This document shows positions 1 to 60,000 of a stretch of DNA of 64,000 nt, one piece after another. The stretch is from contig NC_042999.1 in NCBI RefSeq assembly GCF_006345805.1, positions 129,332,001 to 129,396,000 on the forward strand, in the 5' to 3' direction. The DNA comes from Octopus sinensis (Eukaryota). A program made the translations under genes and the position numbers. The stretch's first letter is position 1; every line of letters begins with the position of its first letter. Below the pieces are notes generated by a model. The model saw nothing but the letters and a program-made list of their open reading frames with translations. It was not told the origin of the DNA and ran no database searches.

Positions 1-44
1 TTAAGTGGAAACAGTGAACTGTTAAATTATTTCTGGTTTTTGTC

Positions 45-1012
45 ATGAAAGTGTAGCTGCTAGAATAAGAATAGCCTGGGCAAAGTTCAGAGAGCTCTTA
101 CCTCTGCTGGTGACAAAGGGCCTTTCACTCAGAGTAAAAAGTAGATTGTATGATGCATGTGTATGAACAGCCATGCTACATGGCAGTGAAACATGGGCCG
201 TGACTGCTGAGGACATGCTTAAGCTCGCAAGGAATGAAGCCAGTATGCTCTGCTGAATGTGTAATGTCAGTGTGCATACTCAGCAGAATGTAAGTACCTT
301 GAGAGAAAAGTTGGACCTAAGAAGCATCAGATGTGGTGTGCAAGAGAGACGACTGCACTGCTATGGTCATGTGGCAAGAATGGATGAGGATAGCTGTGTG
401 AAAAAGTGCCACACCTTAGCAGTTGAGGGAACCTGTGGAAGAGCTAGACCCAAGAAGACCTGGGATGAGGTGGTGGAGCACGACCTTCAAACATTAGGCC
501 TCACCTGAGCAATGACTAGTGACCGAGACCTTTGGAAATATGCAAATTTGATGACTGGCATCCGCGCTAGTGGAGCGCTAAGAGCACCATTTGAGCATGA
601 TCATTGCCAGAGCAGCTGACTGGCTTATGTGCCAGTGGCACATAAAAAGCAGCATTCGAGCGTGATCGTTATGAGCGTTGCCCTACTGGCACTTGTGCCG
701 GTGGCATGTGAAAAACATTTGAGCGAGGTTGTTGCTAGTGCCGCTGGACTGGTTCCTGTGCAGGTGGCATATAAAAAAACATCATTTGAGCGTGGCTGTT
801 GCCAGTACCACCTGACTGGCCCTCATGCCAGTGGCACGTAAAAGCACCCACTACACTCTCGGAGTGGTTGGCATTAGGAAGGGCATCCAGCTGTAGAAAC
901 CACCAGATCAGATTGGAGCCTGGTGCAGCCATCTTGTTTGCCACTCCTCAGTCAAATTGTCTAACCCATGCCAGCATGGAAAGCGGATGTTAAACGATGA
1001 TGATGATGATAA
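45..1012 (+). mobile_element. RTE-clade LINE 3' fragment: decayed ORF C-terminus, 3' UTR with tandem repeats, (GAT)n tail
   Basis: Translates RIRIAWAKFRELLPLL...LHGSETWAV...ERRLHCYGHVARM...GRARPKKTWDEVV with internal stops and ends in ttaaacgatgatgatgat. Confidence 0.9.
579..850 (+). repeat. About 4.5 tandem units of 63-67 bp in the LINE 3' UTR, each opening with GTGCCAGTGGCAC-like palindrome
   Basis: Units start at about 628, 694, 757 and 824, with a partial unit before them. Confidence 0.85.
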
Positions 1013-1256
1013 TGATATTCTCAAGCATACAAGTCAATGTCATACATAGTGTAAATTTGTAGTGTAAGCATTCAAATATTGACACTATCTTTCTAAATCC
1101 TGCTGTATTTCACAATTGTCTTGTGTAAGTGGACATATCTTTTTCTTTTTTTTTTTTTGTAGCTGTAAGTTTTCATGTGAAAAATCCAACTTATATGCTG
1201 GAAAATATATCTTTATCTGTGTTTGAATTGAACTAATTCTGTTGCTGTTGTTATAG

Positions 1257-49108
<47,852 letters not shown>

Positions 49109-49392
49109 TGTTAACTCACTTTAGTTATAGCAAGTTGCTGTGTCTATTTGCTTTTTTGGTCTCATTGTGAGTGTTGCACTGTTAAGGATTGTTTCTATAC
49201 ATAGATGCAACTACTCAGTGTATATGGTGCCTGTCAAGTGGACACTTTACCACTTGTGTTTTTTAGGCCTTTGGCTATGTACCCTAATGCGAACATATCT
49301 TGAAATGTTCACTGAACATACTTTTTGTCTTAATGACAAAATTAATGTAATGTAATTTAAGCAAATTTCTAAACAAATGATGGAAATGTATG

Positions 49393-49398
49393 AATAAA
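49393..49398 (+). terminator. Candidate polyadenylation signal AATAAA for OPA1
   Basis: First AATAAA I found after the stop, about 285 nt downstream. The hexamer is common in AT-rich DNA. Confidence 0.3.
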
Positions 49399-50063
49399 CC
49401 ATTGAACTTTTGAATTAGATGAAAGATCATTACTTTGTGCAAGCTAACTTTGAAGATTGATGTTTGAAAGAAATCTCCTTTTTAGATCTTATCTTCATGA
49501 ACATCTTGACTGTGATATGACAGCCAGCACTGCTTCAGTTTGGTTTTCCATGTGGTTTCCTCATGTAATACTTCCTGCATTATCCAAACATTTCTTGACA
49601 ATTTCTGAAGACATTGTATATATTTCCTTGATTTAGTTAGAAAATGTCTTAGTTAAGACTTGGTAAAAGCAATGCTTCATATTATATCTATAAATTTTCA
49701 ACTTTTATTATAAGTCATTAGTTAAGAATGTTTAAATATTGTTCTTTAACTTTATTTCAGTTACTAGCTCATCCTATCTTAATAGGTGGCTTTCAAAAGC
49801 AACTAGTTTCAGTATTTGAATATCTTCGCTCTAATCATAAGATGTTTGGATATTTCATTGCAGAGAGAAAACACGAGTTTTTTTTTGTTTGTTTGTTGAT
49901 TTAGAATAAGAAATTGATAATCTTATAGATGATCATAAATCAACCAAAATTACTTTATCTGCAAGTTGATTTTTAAATTATATTAAAGCTGTCATTTAAT
50001 ACATCTTTTTTAGTATTTGTCGTTATTCTAATCAATTTATCTTTTATCAGCTATGTATAATTT

Positions 50064-50264
50064 TTAACCTTTTAGCATTCAGATTATTCTATCAAATGTA
50101 ACACTTATTTATTCACATTTTTTCGAATTTATCTTTCATTATTTTATAACTTTGAGATATATTTTTAGACTAACATTGTAGGGTAGGCATGAGAGGCTGG
50201 ATCCAGCCAGTTTGAACATAAAATAGGAATAGCATTATAGCTGGTTTAAATGCCAAAGAATTAA
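50064..50264 (+). mobile_element. piggyBac-type MITE (family P1)
   Basis: TTAA-ccttttagcattcag...aatgccaaagaa-TTAA. Confidence 0.75.
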
Positions 50265-51099
50265 TGATAAGCAGTAATTTGTTCAAGGGAGAGCAATGAA
50301 ATATAGTTTTAGTTTTGAATTGTCAACATCAGCTTGGAAGATTTTCTTTTGAGTTTTTCAAGTATCCCATTCACTTATTTAAAGTGTCATTATCCATTCC
50401 ATTATCTCCAGACCAAGCTCCTAACCCAACTTTTTCTTCAACTTAAATCTCCCTAAAGAAATCTATCCTAAATATGGTTTTTGCAGAGCTAGATCTACTG
50501 GAAATTTCCATTCCTATATTACATACCAGTAGTCTGTTGCCCTTAAGAAATTTGGCAAAAGTAATGCTGTTGCTCTTGACATCAACAATACCTTTAACTC
50601 CATGACAACGGTTTTATCAGGCAACTAGGTTGCATGATGGTAATCATCTTGGCTGAGATCACCAATTAGCACACGACAACAGTTTGGCATATATTTACGT
50701 CAACCACTTTAAAGCATGCACTGTTTATTTATGTAAACTGTCATCACTGGCGTAGCTGTATGTGACTGTAAATTCCATGAGGGACCAGAAGAGTTTGCTG
50801 AACATGTGTAAATTTGATAGGAAGTCATAGTGGAAATAGTGGTGTAACTGCCAAAACTGCTGCTTTTATATTATTATGGTGATGAAGTCACGAACTGAGT
50901 TGGAAATATTTACATGAAGAGTCTAACAAGCTTATCAGATTCCTTGAAATTTTCACAGTGGCCTCTACTTTTGATTCCATGAGTGATAGCGGATCTTTAT
51001 ATCAACCAGTACACAAACAAGTACAAAATCACAGCAGACAGGGCTGCGTATATTTTCATCATATGATTCAAAGCGAGTACACAGTGAATGTAAATTTGT

Positions 51100-52050
51100 C
51101 AACCAATGTTATGGGGTTAACTAGCTCCTAGCTAAGTTCTGACTGAGTGGAGCTCCCCCAGTTTTTCATATTTTGGATTCGTAGTTTCCTATCAGACAGC
51201 CTGTGCTGATAGATCTCTCTGATCCACATTCTATAAACTCAGGTTTCTCATAAAATTCAATTATGCTTCCACCACTGTTAATAGTAAGAGCATCTAAGTT
51301 AATGCTTCTGTTACCCCAGGTGGCCTACTCAACAGTGTAAGTAGTGTTGTGAATGCATATTAGCTAGAGTAATGAAAGAATGGAAAAAGTTCAAGGAGTT
51401 GAAACAAAGAGTTTCTCTTTGTTCTTTGTTTGTGAACATGGCCAAGAATTTACCTTCAAGATACTGACAGCATATAAAGAACAACAACAAGACACAACCA
51501 TGTGGGCAGCTGGAGAATTGTGACTACTCTTGCCTATGCTAAAACTTCTATGTGCTCTCATGAGTAAGGAAAGTATAGCAATGACAGTGTTTCATTGTCA
51601 CAGGTATCCATGCAAAAGGTCTGCTGTTTTGTCAGTGGTTTTAAGAAGTTTTAGTCTTGGCTTTGGGTTATATCAGACAACCAGCCTCACTCTTTTCTCT
51701 TTGGCCTTTTGTACTAGTGGTAAGATGTATGGGATGTCAGGGAAGGATAGTACCTTTGGCAGGAGTCTTACCTATTCCTTTTCAGCTCATTTACCATCAG
51801 GTCCCACTTGGCACCCAACTCTTATCTGTAGCACAAAAAAGTATGAAGTAGTTTGTCACCTCCCGGTCAACAGCATTGGTATGTTGCCTAAGCCAGATTG
51901 TGAGTATCCGACAAGTTTTAAACTCTTGGTGAAATTCTCTAAGAACTTGTCACCTTAAGCATGTGAAGACTGGATTTCTAGGAGATCGTGTGAGGAAAAC
52001 CCAATCACAAGTGGTCAAATTTTCTCAAACACAAAGGCAATATCCATTTG
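51100..52050 (-). mobile_element. Highly decayed LINE 5' part (AP endonuclease N-terminus)
   Basis: Reverse strand gives TFCMDTCDNETL (like LRIGTWNVRTL) and, about 140 codons later, LIGNYESKI (like LGDFNAKI). Many stops. Confidence 0.35.
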
Positions 52051-52196
52051 CACCATATGATATTTATTCACCCAACTGTAAATCTTCATATGTATCATCT
52101 GTCTATACCAGTGCAGTCTTCTCTCTTGCTCACTTTAGCTTATGCATAGATTGCCCTAGTCATACCACTGTAACCCCAAGTTTTCCTTACTAAATG

Positions 52197-52565
52197 TAGG
52201 GTAGACTGTATTATGCTTGTGTATGACGTGTGATAATGCACAGGTGTGAGATATAAGCACTGAATATGGAAGATATGAGAAGGCTGAAGAGAAATGAGTT
52301 GACGATGTCCTACTGAATGTATAATGTCAACAAGCATAAACAACAGAACAATTTAACAGAGAGTAAAAACTGGGTTTTAGAGATATCATGAGAGAAGACT
52401 GCCTCAGTAGGAACACATGGTAAATATGAAGAATGATAATTGATTGAAAAAATTGTCAAATGATGTAACTGAAAAGAACCTATAAAAGAAGAAGACCAAA
52501 GAAATAATGGTAAAAGCTGATCCCAAGAAGCTGGGCCTCACAGAGCAGATGACAAGTAGAGACAT
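52197..52565 (+). mobile_element. Old RTE ORF C-terminal fragment
   Basis: GRLYYACV...EDMRRLKRNE...MYNV...ERRL...KKLGLTEQMTSRD parallels the translation of 45-545. Confidence 0.65.
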
Positions 52566-52988
52566 GTGTTTAATTAAACACCTGACAAATGTATACCAGC
52601 ATGGAAAAGTGGGCATATAACTGACTATGATTCTGTTTTTAAGTATTATGACTAGTGTATTTGGCCATCAAACTAAATATTTACCCACATCAGCATTGCT
52701 ACATATAAAATAACCATTTACTCTGAGGCATGTGTGGTATAAAGAGATTAGTCATGTTCTTATTTGCTGTGAGCAATTGTTTCTTATTTTTAGGCCAAAC
52801 TAGTGGCCTTTATTTTACTTTATTACATATGTGTAACATGCTAGCTATTTTACATTTATATTAACTGCTTTATAACATTTCTTCTTACAAGCACAAATAA
52901 GATCATTTTTCAAAATTAGGATGTTTGTGCATTGTTCAAGTAAAAAAATTATATTTTTTACAGTTAGGTTATCTACCGATAACTATTT

Positions 52989-54398
52989 AATTATTGTTGT
53001 TGGGTAGACCCAGGTTAGTCTTCATCGAGCAGACTCATGATAAAAGACACTTTGATCATGAATTTATGCGAAGCTATACACCCATGTCTCTTTAGCAGTG
53101 ATCTTGGTGTGCTTTATCTAATGTGCTCCCTCTTTAAGACAATGGAATGTGATTTAAGGAAAATTTGGCTGCTCTTCCCAGAGGCTCCCTCATTGGTTAG
53201 TAATTATTGTGTTGTGTTGCTTAATTCCAAATCAACTTTAATCAAGCAACCCTATTACAAGTAGTTGGTAGAACAATCCTTCTAAATGGAGCACTATTCT
53301 GCACACTCAGCAATATGGAGTGAGTCTGGCCCATATTGTACACTCTCTACTCTCCAGTCTCTTGTAATATACACATAGAATCCGATAGTGGCTACAGCTG
53401 AGGTGGGCAAAGTTGGACTCAGAACACGAGAGTTGCTGTTGATGGACTGATCTTGCAAATGAACTACATGGTTCTGGGTTCAGTCCCACTGCATGGCACC
53501 TTGGGCAAGTGTCTTCTACTATAGCCTCGGGCCAACCAAAGCCTTGTGAGTGGAGCAAAAGAGACCGATAGAATAAGTACTAGGCTTACAAAGAATAAGT
53601 CCTGAGGTCGATGTGCTCGACTAAAGGCGCTGCTCCAGCATGGCCACAGTCAAATGACTGAAACAAGTAAAAGAGAGTATGTGATATTTGGAAATAGTTT
53701 TCCATGTAGTTACAGGAACTGTCAGTCAAACCTTGCTGCAGCAGCAAACTGTACCTCTTGCATGTCCAGGTGGTCTTTAATTTTTAGTATTTTTGTTTTA
53801 TTATATAGATAGTAAGTTTGTGTGGATAGGGCAACGTGTTATGTGTAGATTGCTGTTTTTGTTATTTGTTGTGGTCTGTTTTGCAGAGATAGGAACCCAG
53901 GTAAATTGTTAGATAGAAATGAAATTTAGTTTTCTACCAGACTAAAGTAAGAAGAGTTATGTACCTTGTCCACAGTCACAGAACAATATGGTAAAGTGTG
54001 AAATTCAAACAATGGGATTAGTAGTCCTTTGCCTTATTCCTTATACATATTGTCTTTATTGACGATGAAGCTATAATAATTTCTTTGTGAAATACCTTGA
54101 TTTTAAAGGGAAAGGAAAATGAGACTCTAAGTCTATGTTGTTTTCAACCCTATTACAAGCAGTTGGTAGAACAATCCTACATGGAGCACTATTCTGTACA
54201 CTCAAGCAAGCAATATGGAGTAAGTGTGAGAGTCTGGCCCATATTGCATACTCTCTACTCTCCAGTCTCACTGCTAAAGAGACATGGGTGTATCTAGGGG
54301 TATAACTTAGCATAAATTCATGATCAAAGTCTGAAATGTCTTTGATCATGAGTCTGCTCGATGAAGACTAACCTGGGTCTACCCAACAACAAATAATT
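52989..54398. repeat. Local duplication: inverted pair (52989-53101 / 54268-54398) enclosing a direct pair (53247-53361 / 54145-54269)
   Basis: Direct base-by-base comparison shows near identity apart from small indels. Confidence 0.9.
53451..53677 (+). mobile_element. SINE family B, internally deleted
   Basis: Head joined directly to the tail at gagtgga|gcaaaagagaccgatagaataag. Confidence 0.85.
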
Positions 54399-55649
54399 CC
54401 AACAATTATTTGTTGTGTTCTTTAGATACAAAGTGAATTTTCTTTTGTTGTGATTAAATGTTACAGAGTTTACTCCCAAAATATTATTTTATTAAATCAG
54501 GGAGGATGAAAGTAAAATCCATCTTAATAGATTTAGAATTCAGAAAAATGAGACAGAAACTGAATTAGTTACCATATAACATCTAGTTTGAAACTTTGCA
54601 ATTTGCACAAACTTCATTAACCTTATTTAATAAAGGCATCAGATTCACATAAGAGAATAAATGGAATACTGAACTCTTCATACATTTCTCAAGAGCATAA
54701 AAAGTGTAACTGAAGTGAAATGACTGCAAGCTAAAATTGAAATCAAGATGATATTTATCACAAGCTTTAATAAATAATAATGATGATACAGCCTGATAAC
54801 TTTTCACAACAGGTAAGGTATTATTTGCCTGGGGTCAGAATCTGATATCGACTCAGTGATGTTACAGCTACTCCCAACTCATTCATTGACATCACAATGT
54901 CTTTCTCACTTCAGATTGAATTCTCAAACCCCATCCCTCCATTGTTCCTACCTCTGCTGTGTCACCTTAACTGGAATTGTTTAAGGTTTTGGGGTTGATG
55001 TCTGAAATACATTTTATGTTGACCAAAAAGAAGGGTACCAACTTATCACTTTCGATAAATCTTATCAGGACTATAATAGTTGACTACTGTCAAAGTCTCT
55101 ATTTTTCTATGCTAGTCAGGATTTCATGGTTTGTTCACATTTCAAATACATGGAGTGTTAGAGAAAGTATTTACAACTTGAAAGATTAAATCAATGTTAA
55201 CCACTCAATTACAGCATAAAAGTACTGATTATTCTTTAGCCCACCCCAACACACCTTCTTCACCATCTTCTCTTTCTCTCAGTTCTCTTCTCAGTCTTTT
55301 TCTAGCTGAGGTACTCAGGTATTTCCTTTACTGCAAGACACCAGTTTCTGTCCCTCTGTCATACTCTAACCTCACATCACATGGCATAATGCCACCCCAC
55401 CTCTATACTTCTCCTGATAAAGTTGATAAGTCTTGTCTTGCAAGTTATTTGGTGGCCTCATAGGTGCTGGTACCATAAAGAAAGCACTCAGTATACTCTT
55501 AAAGTGCTTTGACATTAGGAAGGGCATCCAACATAGAAAACATGCCAAAGTAGATTGTAAAGCTTGAGCAGTTCTCTGACTCATTAACTTCTGTCAAACC
55601 GTCTACTCCATGCCAGCATGGAAAGTGGACGTTAAATGATGATAATGAT

Positions 55650-55991
55650 CAGTGGTTCTCAACCTGGGCCCATATGGTCCCAGGGGGTTCATATAATACT
55701 TTTAGGGGTCTGCACAAATAAAATGGTAAATTGGGGATCCACAGTAGTATTTTTGGGGTCCATGAAAATATTTTGTTTTAGATGTATGTATTGCAATAAA
55801 AAGGTTTCTTTCTCTAACATTATACATTGTTCAACCTACACAAGTGAATGTGTAAAAAAAACAAACAAAATAGGGATTTTGAAAGAAGTATCTATAAAAC
55901 TAGTTTTTAAACATTGAATGGCTATGGGAGTTCACCAGAATTAAATAGTGATCAAAGAGGTCCATAGGTGAAAAATAGCTGAGAACCACTG
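55650..55991. mobile_element. hAT-type (Charlie-like) MITE
   Basis: CAGTGGTTCTCAAC...GCTGAGAACCACTG TIRs; 8-bp flanks ataatgat and aacatgat (6/8 match). Confidence 0.8.
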
Positions 55992-57408
55992 AACATGATG
56001 ATTGTTTGATTGGAGCGATCAATCTTACCGAGCACAGATAATAGTAGGATTTACCCTTGAGTTATTTGTTCAACTCTTCAGGCATATTTTCCCATGTATC
56101 ATGTCTACCACATTTTTGAAAAGTGAATTAAATTAAAATACAGAACAAAACATTATCATAAATCTTCTAAAACTAGAACATTAAAACCAACTATAAATGT
56201 AAAATTATATGGAACGTCACAGCTTGGTCACTACACATTTCAAAATTTAAAGACCTATTTAATATTAAACTATGAAATAAATAGTATAAATTCTTCAGTC
56301 CAGTTGATGCAACCCCATCATCATCCTCATCCTTTTCCCATACTGGCATGGATTGGATGGTTTGACAGGAGCTGGAAAGCCAAAAGATATACACCAAGCT
56401 CCACTATCTGCTTTGGCATGGTTTTTACAACAGAATGCCCTTCCTAATACTGGTTGGACTGAGTGCTTATAAATAACCTGTGAACATTAGGACTTCAACT
56501 GACTGAATTTCTAGGATGTCAGGGAATGAGTTGATAGCATGAAATTTTGTTATAGTCCTGTGTGAAGATATAGTTTCAATGGCCCAGTCCACCTAGCTGT
56601 AAATAGGTATCACTTTAGTGGGTATAATTCATTGCCAAATTTATATTCACAAACCTTGCCAAGAAGGAGCCAATTAAAGAATTTTTACATGGTGGTTTAG
56701 ACCTGCTAGAGATAACAGCTGAATCTTCCAGAAATCTCACCCTAGCATTAAAAGAACTCCAGAAACATTAGACAATGTAGTTATAAATATGGAAAAAAAA
56801 TGGTATGGGCATAGTTAAATGCCCCTGATTACACCTGCTCAATTAGGTTTGACCTGGGACTCTTTGCCAAGGATAGGTTTTCCTATCCAGAGAGGTAAAT
56901 TCTCCTATTTAGAGTGTAATGAAAGACCCTCCTTAATTTAAGTTCGACTGCTCTTCTTTCCTTACTCCAGACCCATAGTAAATCTTGATATTTCTCAGCC
57001 AATCAAACTGTTTATTTTGATTGAGTCATAATAAAGGGGTAAAGTAGTCTTTGATATTTGTTCTAATCCTAATTGAACACATGTAGTATTGATTTGCTCA
57101 GGAGCAATACTTCCTCTTTTAATGTCATGAAACTGTTACATGACAATGTAACAAGTCTATACATGTTTCTTGTGTACCACCTCTAACTTTATGACTTCCT
57201 ACAGTTTAATTCTTGGAACTCTCACTTGCCCAATCCCTGTTAAAATCAAAGAAAATGCTGAAGTTATTCAATTAATACCAGTATAGAAAATATTAGCTCT
57301 CTTTATATAATGTGTCAGTTATGTATATTCAGATTAATTTAGTATTTCCTATTCACTAATATGGTTCCAAGCTTGGTTGTACATTTAAGTACATGATAAT
57401 AATTTAAG

Positions 57409-58009
57409 TACCTTGATAATAGATGACGGCAACTTTGGTATGAAGGATGGTTTCCTTTTTGAAATCTCACACAACATCATGTACTTAAACTATGTGGTTC
57501 CATATGTGGTTCTACTGCATAGTAATTTGGGCTTCTGCAATAGCCATAGATTGATTAATATCATGTAAGTGAAATTTGGTAAATACCACATGTTGGCATG
57601 ATGAAATGTAGGTCTACAGAGATTATAGAGATGCTAGAGCAGAGATGAGCAGACATGCATGCTGCAGACAAGAGGTAAGATATAGGGAAGCTTCAGCTAG
57701 TTTCTTTACAGGCAAGGAACACACATGCTGATAGGTAACTGAAGTTAATGAAATAAGCATATAGTTACCAGAGAAAATGGGTAGATAAAGTAAATGAGAT
57801 TTTCAGAGTATACGACAGCATTATTAAACTTAGACTCAGCATAGGCAACCTGTCAATAGTGATCTGTAGGGATGAATCACAATCAGTGCTGATAGCTGAT
57901 TAAAGGACTGTATCAATGAGTCCTTCTCAAAGACTACCTTCATAATAGATGACAGCAACTTTGGTATGAAGGATGGTGTCCTTTTTGAACATCTTGCACA
58001 ACATCATGT
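57409..58009. repeat. About 74-bp direct repeat pair (57409-57482, 57935-58009)
   Basis: tacctt.ataatagatgac.gcaactttggtatgaaggatgg...caacatcatgt occurs twice. Confidence 0.9.
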
Positions 58010-59344
58010 TTCATTGTCCATAGTGGCTATGTTTATGGTATATGAAATGAAAGGGAAACAAGACTCTTGGAATTCTGTGATTCATTTAATCATTTGTAAT
58101 CATTAAACTAACCAAACAACTAATCAGCTACCATTAAGGTGAACAAACACAAATTGAGATTTCATACACACCAGGAAACAAAAAATGTTCTACTCAGCAT
58201 AGGGTAGTGATTAGTGATGTCAATGTAAATGCTAGATAGAGTGAGTGAAACAAAACCATCTAGTGAGAGAAAGTATAGAAGTTGCAAGAACCCTTAGTCA
58301 GACATTGCTTCAGAGATGTTCTAGATGATACACAGGTTAAGGAAAAGGAGTGGGTGGAGACCTATGACAGAAAACAACCTCAAGTTTTGACATGACAACT
58401 TGCTGTGAGCCACAGACCAACTGTGTGGATCAAGTGAGTTTCCCATCAGACTGAAGGTGATATGATAATGAAATGAAACTGTAGATAGAGCAATAAAAGC
58501 TGAAAGACAGTCCTGGAAAGAATAAAAGAGCAAAGAACAATATAATGTTGCTAGAAGAAAAGTTAGTTGTCAGGTATACTGAACAAGAAGAGAAGTAGAA
58601 AATAAGAAGATTAACAATGTTCTGTAACATAAGAACCAGAGACATAAGGCATAATGGATCACAAAGATGTGCTAATATGAGTCAGGACATCAGCGAGGGG
58701 AGGAATGTTGCACTCCCAAACAAACAACCGTAACTGGGAAAATGGAGACCCAACACAGTTATTTAAGCTAAAATTTGCATTCACTGATCAATAATATGGT
58801 AACAACAACCTCAAGTTGACATTGTGCATGGTATGTAAAATTTAAGTGTCACTTTCTAGTGATACTGAAGATACTAAATACATGGAGGGCATGCAACTGG
58901 TACACAATAAATAATTGTAAGATATATGACAGTAGTATATTTGAATTCTATTCCAATAGTTATAAATTATTTAAGCTGTAGCTCTACTATTCCAGTTTCA
59001 TTTTTATATGTCAAGGGATTAAATTAATCAGAGCAAGATATGAAGTGAATATTATGGATAAATAAAGCACTTATTAATTGCAAAGTATGATTGAATCTGT
59101 TATCATTAAGCACATATTTGTGTTGGTATCTAATTTCCATTTGGCATATCAAGCTTGGAAATGTTGAACGTTTTCTTCAATGTAGCAGAACCAGAATACT
59201 TTATCTCAGCTGTAGACACTTTAGCAACTGAAACTCTTCACAACTTGACAGTTGATTATAATTTGATTTTAGATCAGTCAATCTACCAGATTGGCTGCTG
59301 TTACTATGGGCTGTGACACACCCATCCTTTTCTGTTCTTTATAC

Positions 59345-59912
59345 AATTTTATCTAGAATACTGATGGAAAAATAATTACTTAAAAATGAAAGGTTTCATT
59401 TTAGGTGAACGTTTCAATAAAGTCTTGTCTGCTTTATTGAATGTAATAACACAAACCAGTTCCATCAATTAGCAGTGTAAATGGTAAAAAGACATTTGGG
59501 CAACTAATTGTTTTAGTCAGTTAAGAGTATAAAAAGACAAAAGTATATGAAACATGTGGCTCCTAGTCACCCTAGTCAGTGAAAAAGAACTTAATTGAAA
59601 TTGATTTCTTTATGTAATTTTATCTAGAATATTGATGGGAAAATAATTAATTAAAATGAAAGGTTTCATTTTAGGTGAATGTTTCAATAAAAATTCTGCC
59701 TGCTTTGTTGCAAATAATAACAAGAACCAGATACATCTTTTAGCAGTGTAAATGGTAAAACATTTAGGCTATTAATTGTTTTAGTCAGTTACAGACAACA
59801 GTTATTAAGAGTACAGAAAGAAAATTAAAAATGCATGAAACATATATGGCTATCAGTCACCCTTTTAAGACGAATCCAATGAAAAAGAACTTAATTGAAG
59901 CTGACTTCTTTT
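59345..59912. repeat. Diverged tandem duplication, about 270-295 bp x2
   Basis: Both units start aattttatctagaata.tgatgg and end gaaaaagaacttaattgaa..tga.ttcttt; the second unit starts at 59616. Confidence 0.9.
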
Positions 59913-60000
59913 CAAACACTGAGTAACTGAAAATAACCCCTCAAAGTTTTGACTGATTTTGGTCCAAGATTCGATCTGTACAGCCATCTTTATATTTAGT

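Noticed and set aside
579-850. Palindromic repeats with spacers resembling a CRISPR array
   Set aside because: Eukaryotic intron; the spacers are homologous to each other and the array is part of a LINE 3' UTR.
51530-51958. 142-aa + strand ORF downstream of OPA1 as a new gene
   Set aside because: No recognisable domain or splice context; it overlaps decayed LINE-like sequence on the opposite strand.
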